From Octopus sinensis (taxonomy: Eukaryota), in NCBI RefSeq assembly GCF_006345805.1, contig NC_042998.1, forward strand, positions 158,410,001 to 158,474,000: a stretch of 64,000 bases of DNA, written 5' to 3'. Both the position numbers and the translations under genes were made by a program. Under the pieces are notes generated by a model. It saw only the letters and a list, made by a program, of their open reading frames with translations, did no database searches and was not told the origin of the DNA. Positions 55,200 through 64,000 of this stretch are shown here, piece after piece (within the stretch, counting starts at the first letter, position 1; each line of letters starts with the position of its first letter).

Positions 55200-55400
55200 A
55201 TATTTAGTGCCTCTGCTATTACTTAACTGTTTTCACTTTCATATCCCTCATTCTGATTATTTCCATTTCAAGATCTTTGTACTTTGAGAGTTTCTCGACT
55301 CCCTCTAGGGCGATGTTTTCGTCAAAAACGGTAAGGTTCGAAATGTCTATAACAGTACAGAGATCTTCGTTTCTGCACTTGATAACTGAACGGGTGTTTT
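55200..55400 (-). mobile_element. Second R4/Dong-like RLE relic
   Basis: Minus-strand translation VIDIS...DENIALEGVEKLSKYKDLEMEI resembles the 69-518 ORF. Confidence 0.55.
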
Positions 55401-56536
55401 AATTACTTTCTAAATATGGACAGGTATGAATCAGATTAATCTAGTCAGATTGTTGTCGTGTATCGTATTTACTACATGTTTAACCCACATCTGTTTTTAG
55501 CTGTAGAAGTGTCAGCGTATTACAAAGGGAACATAGCTGCCTACTCACATTGAATATGGCTTATCTTAGTGAGAATTATTTTCTTTTTAAAATACAAGTC
55601 TATAAAAGATAGAAAACGCTTATGTTTTACATGGCGCGATCTAAGTGAAGTAAGGTAAAATATCTGCGACAAGAACTCGAAACCACTTCAAGCACATCTC
55701 ACCGCTAATTTAATCCAAAATTACAAACACCACTTACAATTCAAACTTTGTCGGCTGAACGTGTTATTCCGAATGTGTGTATCTGTTTGTTTATTTATTT
55801 AATTTTTGTTTGAATAAACAACAATAAAAACAAAATCCCAAAACAAAAATAACAACAATAAATGTTTCCCCTATCAACTAAGAAGTGCGTATATACTTTC
55901 GTATTCACGCAAGAATTTTTCGCTTTTGTTCTTATTAAAATAGTTGTATTTTTACTTTCTATTACAAAAGTTTATTGTTAACATTCTTTGTGAATATACA
56001 TACTTACATACATACATACCTACAAACATACATATATACATACATGTCTATACACTTATATAGATGTATATATACACGTGTGTGAGTGTGTAGTGGGTAT
56101 CTATGCATTTATTTGCTTTACAATTAACATTAACTTCCAGCATTTTCTACTTTGTCAACAAGAATTGTATAGATTACTTTCCTATCTTTGCCTTTCTAAC
56201 TGATTTGTAGTCAGTACCAAGCTATTCTTTCAATGGAGCCTTCACGATTAATCTCACTTCACACCTACTCACTGAGTTACACAACTATTAAGACTACTGC
56301 TCACTGTCTATTTCCCTGATTTTCTAGATTTCTCTATTTGTTCATCCACCATTCAATTCTTATCTCTCTCCCTCTCTCGCCCGCCTTTCTCTCTCTCTTC
56401 CACATTCTTATCATCATCAGCTCTCTCGGTACATTGCTCTTTCACACTATTTTTCTTTGATACATTTATAAGTCACGTAATATTCCTTACACAAGATTGG
56501 AATTGACAATTCGCATTTTTGCCTTTCTCTATCTAA

Positions 56537-56570
<34 letters not shown>

Positions 56571-56626
56571 ATCTATGTCTATCCTGTCTGTCTGACTCTA
56601 TCTGTATATATACATACATATATATA

Positions 56627-56699
<73 letters not shown>

Positions 56700-56725
56700 A
56701 TTTATATATATATATATATTTATAT

Positions 56726-56792
<67 letters not shown>

Positions 56793-56844
56793 ATATTATA
56801 TATATATATATATATTATATATATATAATATATATATATATACT

Positions 56845-56894
<50 letters not shown>

Positions 56895-57238
56895 CACACA
56901 CAGACACACTGGAGTGTATATATATGTGTGTGTGTAACTTTATGAATGTGTGTGCTCGTGATTTGCCACTGTGTTTGTGTGTATATGCGTGTATTCATAA
57001 GTATATGAGAACGCAGGTTGACACTGCTTGTCTCTAAAGATGGGTGTGTACATATATACCGAATTTTTTTTTATATACAGTAAGACATTCGACGCACCCA
57101 TAAGATGTTAAGTGACAAATTGTAAGATAATTGTATAGAGATTAAAATGGTATGAATGTTTAATGCAGTCATACATATACACCTACATATAATTCTCAGC
57201 TAGTAAATATGTACTCTTACAGTCATGCACATGCACAC

Positions 57239-57279
<41 letters not shown>

Positions 57280-57440
57280 TACGCACAAACGTATATCGTA
57301 TATTTTATATTTGTATATACATATACATACTAGAGAATAAACATATATACATATACAAACTAGAGAATAAAAATATATATATATATATATATGTATATGT
57401 ATATATGTACATATATATATATATATGTATATATATACAT

Positions 57441-57487
<47 letters not shown>

Positions 57488-57672
57488 TATATATATAATA
57501 TATATAATATATATATATATTCAGTAAAAGCAATTAAGATTCAAGTGAGTTCTAATGAATTCACATGAATGTGGTACTTAACTTAGATGCACCAGAAATC
57601 TATATGGTATTAACCATAAAATAATGCGGGGTGATTATAAACAAGAAAAAAGCAACAAGAATGGATTAGTTG

Positions 57673-57761
57673 TTCAGTACAATTGTTTCATACGAAGAAC
57701 AGCTTTATAAAAAGCTGCAAATATTGCAGCAAATACAAGTGTCCCGTATTCATCAGCCAAA
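57673..57761 (-). ncRNA. Type I hammerhead ribozyme-like motif
   Basis: Minus strand TTTGG-CTGATGA-ATACG...CGTAT-GAAAC AATT GTA-CTGAA; palindromic loop; internal hairpins gctgca/tgcagc and gcttt/aaagc within stem II. Confidence 0.65.
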
Positions 57762-58104
57762 ACACATATGAGTTTTCCAAACATCCTAGGGGGTGAGGCT
57801 ACATTCATGAAGTATCGAGAGAGTTCTATAAAAAGCAAATTTAGATTGTAAGCAGACTTCAAAAGTTCTCTAATGATGCACAGTTTTATAAAAGGTTTTA
57901 AAAAAGCTTGTTAGCTTCACAGAAAAGGTAAATCCATCCATAATAATGTAGGTGTAATTTCCGGAGATATGAAGAGATATTTCATACTCAGAGACGATGA
58001 ATTTGAAGTCTGCTTACAATCTAAATTTGCTTTTTATAGAACTCTCTTCGATACTTCATGAGTATAGCCTCACCCACTAGGATGTTTGGAAAACTCATAT
58101 GTAT

Positions 58105-58193
58105 TTTGGCTGATGAATACGGGACACTTGTATTTGCTGCAATATTTGCAGCTTTTAATAAAGCTGTTCTTCGTATGAAACAACTGTACTGAA
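58105..58193 (+). ncRNA. Type I hammerhead ribozyme-like motif (mirror copy)
   Basis: TTTGG-CTGATGA(58110-58116)-ATACG...CGTAT-GAAAC AACT GTA-CTGAA. Confidence 0.6.
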
Positions 58194-58768
58194 CAACTAA
58201 TCCATTTTTGTTGCTTTTTTCTTGTATATATATATATACATACAAACATATATATATATATACACACACCACACACACACATATACTTGGCACACTCACA
58301 CGTATATATATACATATGCACACAAGCGTATATCGTATATATCATGTCATATATGTATACATTGAGTGCGCGCACGCACACACACACATACATACTCACA
58401 TACTCACAAACACACAGATACGGGTGCACGCGCACCCACACCTACACACACGGATGCAGTTATCTACCTTGGGTCCTGGGACTCCGAATACCAGTTTCTC
58501 GGGTTTGCATGGCGTATAAGGGACCGTGGTCATAACATTACCCCTGAATGTTGCCGATCCATTACAAGATCCACGGCGACAAGTTGATAACATCGACTCC
58601 AGTTCTTGGACGACACTTTATTTTCTTGCTCTGGAATGGAATGAAAGACAAATGTGACCACATGTCTTTTGAATTCAGAATCTAAAGAATCAGCAGTGAT
58701 GTTGTTTAGTATTTTGGTCAACGATCAACGATCAACGATGGAGCCAGCCGCTTTACAGACACATAAGC

Positions 58769-58850
<82 letters not shown>

Positions 58851-58913
58851 TATATATATATACATATATACATACGTATGTATGCATGTATATATTAATA
58901 TATAGATATATGT

Positions 58914-59297
58914 GGAAGCACAATGGCCCAGTGGTTAGGGCAGCAGACTCGCGGTCGTAGGATGGCAGTTTCGATTCCTTGACCGACGTTGTGAGCGTTT
59001 ATTGAGCGAAAATATCTGAAGTTCCACGAGGCTCTGACAGGGGGTGGGGTCGCGAACACGGCTGTACACTTTCACCACAACTTTCTTTCACTCTTTCTTC
59101 TTGTTTCTGTTGTACCTGTATTTCAAAGGGCCAACCTTTTTCACACTCTGAGTCACGCTGAATCTCCCCGAGAACAACATTAAGGGTACACGTGTCTGTT
59201 GAGTGCTCAGCCACTTGCATGTTACTTTCACGAGCAGTCTGTTCCGTTGATCGGATCAACTGGAACCCTCGTCGCCGTAACCGACGGAGTGCCACGA

Positions 59298-59299
<2 letters not shown>
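58914..59299 (+). mobile_element. tRNA-headed SINE family C, full length
   Basis: caatggcccagtggttagggcagc (A box)...gtttcgattcc (B box)...gatcaactggaaccctcgtcgccgtaaccgacggagtgccacgacga then (TA)n. Confidence 0.85.
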
Positions 59300-59338
<39 letters not shown>

Positions 59339-61472
59339 CATATATACATATATATATGTTATATTTGTATGTGTGTGTGTGTGTGTGCGCGCGCGCTCGT
59401 GCGGGTAGACTTGTCCACAGCGCATTAGTAAGCAATATTGAGTGGATATATGAAAAGATGAACTTCAAATATGATGAAATCATCTAAGGCACGAGAATGG
59501 TTGTGTATAGCACCTCCTGTACATGTACAATATCATCGATTTATACCTAGATCCACGATATCTTATTTGGTAGGTATTGGCCTTTTAAGTTTTACCGATT
59601 TTGTCTGCAGATGGATCTACAATCATTGCCTTCACATATATATCTGATCAACACAGTGACTGTTCTTAAATAGTTGAAATATATCGGCTGCAAGAAAATC
59701 TGTGGCTGGGACAAATTTCCTGCAAGCCGACGTTCTGGGAAGAGGAAAAGGATGGGTATAGTAATAAGAACAGTATCTATAGTTGTGTTGATAGTAGTTC
59801 ATGGCCCAGAGTAGGGGAGGCGAATGCGTCAGTGATATTTAATTGAAAATATCAACGGACTATTCAGTTTCGATCAGCAATAGTTTGGTATAGTGAGGAA
59901 AAAGAACATTTGTGAGACAGATTTGTATCTCTGGAATCCATATCTGATGGAAAATAAGTCTTTCTATAAAGGTGGAAATTCGGGGCTGGGGGCTAGTCAC
60001 TTACATTGACTGGTACTTTATTTTCTCGATCTCGAAAGAGTGAGAGACAAAGTTGACCACGGCGGAATTTGAACTCAGAGCGTAAAGCTGTAAGAAATGC
60101 ACCTCAACTTTTTTGTTGGCGGACTAGCGATTCTGCCATCTCACCGCCTACTCATAATAGAAGATAATGAAGTTATTTGTTGTAATTTGTCATTTGTTGT
60201 TACTATAGATGATTTAAAGGAGTTTATAAATGGATCGCTATTTTGAGAAATTACAGATGACTTGTTCAGTCTGCGGAACTAGAGTGTTTATGGCTGAGTA
60301 TTTTGTAGATAGTTGTACCTTTAACGGTCAGGGATCTCATCACAAGCTGATGAAGACCTGCTACTGGTACCATGTAAATCAGTACTCCCTGTTTCGTGGT
60401 CGAGCGGTCGGCTCCTCCACTTGAGTAGCTTGCTACCCTTATGAGGAGAGTGTCTGGACATCTAGCAAGACTAAAAACAAGAGCTGTTGAAGGGCCAACG
60501 TCCATCCAGTTCGAGTAAGCAATGGCAAACCACCCCAATGTCTATGCCAGGAAAACACTATGAGAAGGTCAGAACGAGGTAGCCCTATCGCTTCATTCGA
60601 TGGGAGAACTCGCTCTTAACTTTCGTTGAAGACTTTCATTATAATGTTATCAGCGAACTGCAAAAGCATTCTATACATGACGACGACGATCTTTAACATA
60701 ATTTCCAGTCAGCTTCTATGTGACACAATAAGTGACAAGGCTGGTTCTTCTAATTACACGTATGTTCCATTTGACGGATTTGCACACGATGTCCGGACTA
60801 CCCAATTTCTCAGACGAGTCTATGATGTAATTTGACCCCAGTTTATAGAAGATTGTTATGTTATTGTCTGAGATTAGGCCTTTTCTTAAAGCTTTCTATC
60901 CGTCAAATACAAATAAATAGTAATTTGTCGAACCAAAGAGGAAGGAAAGTTTACACGTAATCGTTCGCCCGACGACAAATAGCTAGCAATTTCCCCTTAA
61001 ATTACTGCTTATAATCAATTTAGTTTCTGATATTGAAAAACATGCCTTTAGTCAGAGGTTAGCTCGTAAAGAGCTATCTTTATAGCCATGAACTTAATGA
61101 TATGATAAGGTCACACATTTTGGAAAAAGGACCGGTCAAAATTTATAACTTGATTATTATTATATTATATACACTTCGGATCTATGAAAGATAAAATCGC
61201 CCTTAACAGTATTTGATCTCATAGTGTAAACAGGTATAGCCAAGAGCCCATTGCATTTGTGTCTGTCACTTGATGAATTCTGTCACCTATCGTTCCCCTC
61301 TAATAGAAATACGTGTTGGACATGGTCATATATTGCTACGGATGGACAATGTCCAATTGAATGGATCCCCAGTCGAATAGTATGGCACCTGTTTTCTTGA
61401 ACCCAGAAGACACTGTTCAACAAAGTTAGATTCTGGAAATATTTGAATTCAGAACATAATGACATTTCAGCA

Positions 61473-61531
<59 letters not shown>

Positions 61532-62012
61532 TTTTGGATGCCTTGAAAAACTAATATTTTCTGGAAACCTGCATATAGACACACGCTCAAATACGTCTAA
61601 ATAAATACGTAGAAGGGAAAGAAATGACAGTGTATGGAGACTGTGAACCTTTTATCGCTGAAGTGAACTGAAGATTTTGTTTTCATTTCATGTATGAAAG
61701 TCATGCCTGCCTGGTGGACTTATCTGTATGTGCATAAATGTGTTTGTGCGACATATAACGATATATAAACAGTATCAGGTTCCTAATCAACTTTCTGTAA
61801 CTGTTCCGCTTTTAGCTGTTGTGATAAGCAGTAGTAGAACATTATCATTCTACCAATTGGGAACTGGCCCTTCTGGAATTGGGAATGTTTGACACGTACA
61901 AGAGCAGTAGTGACAGTGTGTGTCTGAGTTAGCGTATGTGTGAGACCAAAATTTGAAATCTCAATATTATTTCAAGGTACTTAATTGATAAATAAATGCT
62001 CTGATTAAAGTA

Positions 62013-62050
<38 letters not shown>

Positions 62051-62056
<6 letters not shown>

Positions 62057-62177
62057 TAATGATGACTGAAAGCTAGATTGATAAATAAGAAGTCACGAAT
62101 GTTCTGTCCTGGTTTTCCTGTCCGTCTTCCGTATGTTTTTATTGTCGTCGTTACGTTCTTGTTCCGTTTTTGGTATA

Positions 62178-62229
<52 letters not shown>

Positions 62230-62700
62230 ATATATATATTATAATATATATATATATATAATCATATTTTATTATCATATTTTATCGAATTCTTTTTGGA
62301 CATAATTACTTTTGTGTAATTTTTTCCGCATATAATTACTACTTAGATTTTAACATTTATTTATATACGTATTTAATCTATGGGATAGATATTTTGACTA
62401 TTAATAACTTTTACTTATTATGAATCTCTATAACAATAAACTACAACGGTTATATGGGCACCGGATGATAGAACCTACGGACACGTGCAATTATGAAACT
62501 AACAAATTATAAGACCATGGATTGAACAAACTCTCCTCTCTTCTATCCTTCAACTGTTCTGAAGATGTCTAGCAACTGTAACGAGGTAAATATAAATTTA
62601 CTCCAGCTTGATATACAGAAACAGCTGTAAACATACGCTCGTCTTAATTAAATAACGACCAATGATCCACTTACTGTAAATTGCTCCATATCTTATCCCC

Positions 62701-62761
<61 letters not shown>

Positions 62762-63230
62762 TATTATATATATATATATAGAGAGAGAGAGGAGGATAAG
62801 ATATGGAGCAATTTACAGTAAGTGGATCATTGGTCGTTATTTAATTAAGACGAGCGTATGTTTACAGCTGTTTCTGTATATCAAGCTGGAGTAAATTTAT
62901 ATTTACCTCGTTACAGTTGCTAGACATCTTCAGAACAGTTGAAGGATAGAAGAGAGGAGAGTTTGTTCAATCCATGGTCTTATAATTTGTTAATTTCATA
63001 ATTGCACGTGTCCGTAGGTTCTATCATCCGGTGCCCATATAACCGTTGTAGTTTATTGTTATAGAGATTCATAATAAGTAGAAGTTATTAATAGTCAAAA
63101 TATCTATCCCATAGATTAAATACGTATATAAATAAATGTTAAAATCTAAGTAGTAATTATATGCGGAAAAAATTACACAAAAGTAATTATGTCCAAAAAG
63201 AATTCGATAAAATATGATAATAAAATATGA

Positions 63231-63264
<34 letters not shown>

Positions 63265-63386
63265 AAAAACGGAACAAGAACGTAACGACGACAATAAAAA
63301 CATACGGAAAGACGGACAGGAAAACCAGGACAGAACATTCGTGACTTCTTATTTATCAATCTAGCTTTCAGTCATCATTACAGTTT
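62051..63386. repeat. Near-perfect ~650-bp fold-back duplication centred on (CT)n(TA)n(GA)n
   Basis: 62051-62698 versus 62794-63386 reverse complement, including a mirrored internal (TA)n; only a handful of differences. Confidence 0.92.
62555..62633 (+). ncRNA. Type I hammerhead ribozyme-like motif (mirror copy on minus strand at 62859-62937)
   Basis: TGTT-CTGAAGA-TGTCTA...GAGGTAAAT ataa ATTTACTC...TATACA-GAAAC AGCT GTA-AACA. Confidence 0.6.
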
Positions 63387-64000
63387 CAGCCTGTTGCACT
63401 TGAGAAAGTTCAAAATTAGTAGGCACCAAAATCTAAGCTAAGGACATTAAATTTGGGAAAGAAAGCCAGTGAATATGTGCGACACCACGGACAAAAAAAA
63501 ACGAGAAAACGGCGAAAATATTACAAACAACAAGAATAACAACAAGCGTTTTTCGACTAAAAGGACAAGTTAAGCTGCCTTACGGCAACAAATATAGATG
63601 AAAGTCCGAAGACAGGAAAATAAGGAGTTGTGTGAGCGGTGGTGTGGCCAAGAAAAAAAGATCATGCCTGGCCTAGCACCGATCACGTGGGAGGAACAGA
63701 GAGAGGTAGAGAGTAGAGGGATTGAAGAATTAGGGAAGGAACTAGAGAGAGAGGGGGGGAGGGGACAGAAGGAAAAGTACAATGGAGATAACAGGAAAGT
63801 TGAGAGATTGAAGAAAGGGAAAGCCAAGAAATATGAGGGATGGGGAGCGAGGAAAAGAAAAATGGAAAGAGAATGCCAAGTGAGAGAGAGGGGGGAGCGA
63901 GAAAAAGAAAACAAGAAGGAAAGAAGAAAGTCGTGCAGAATTTAGATATATACTTATTTACAAGCTGAGAAAAGGTATACGTACGCCGCTATATGTATAT

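Larger units (their letters stand above)
57641..58225. repeat. Inverted duplication (57641-57863 / 58002-58225) with a hammerhead motif in each arm
   Basis: Arms are near-identical reverse complements with scattered substitutions; ~140-bp spacer. Confidence 0.9.

Noticed and set aside
57674-58323. ORFs in the 57641-58225 arms as Penelope RT fragments
   Set aside because: No RT motifs; the sequence is better explained by hammerhead structure.
60340-60610. CTGATGA-AGACC...GGTC as a hammerhead; BovB-like tail gcaatggcaaaccac at ~60517
   Set aside because: GAAA and stem I are missing. The RTE-tail resemblance is too short to call.
41046-64000. Next NR2E3 exon (expected AVQNERQPR)
   Set aside because: No matching codons with an acceptor found by eye; probably beyond the window.

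Overview
AT-rich, microsatellite- and SINE-dense animal genomic DNA; the repeat landscape suggests an octopod cephalopod (inference). Only one host gene is supported: a + strand NR2E3/PNR (Hr51/unfulfilled/fax-1-type) nuclear receptor. Two DNA-binding-domain exons are present (23521-23827, 40942-41045), separated by a 17.1-kb intron. The first exon and the hinge/LBD exons were not found. The rest is intronic or upstream and holds a 5'-truncated CR1-type LINE, Dong/R4- and RTE-type LINE relics, mariner and hAT transposase relics, a non-autonomous Helitron, MITEs and several tRNA-headed SINE families. The most unusual observation is about ten type I hammerhead-ribozyme-like motifs from several unrelated sequence families. 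Most have a tiny self-complementary stem III, and many sit in the arms of local inverted (fold-back) duplications next to (TA)n tracts, which resembles non-autonomous Penelope-like/retrozyme elements. All alignments and folds were done by eye and need computational and biochemical confirmation; the near-perfect palindromes could be assembly artefacts.
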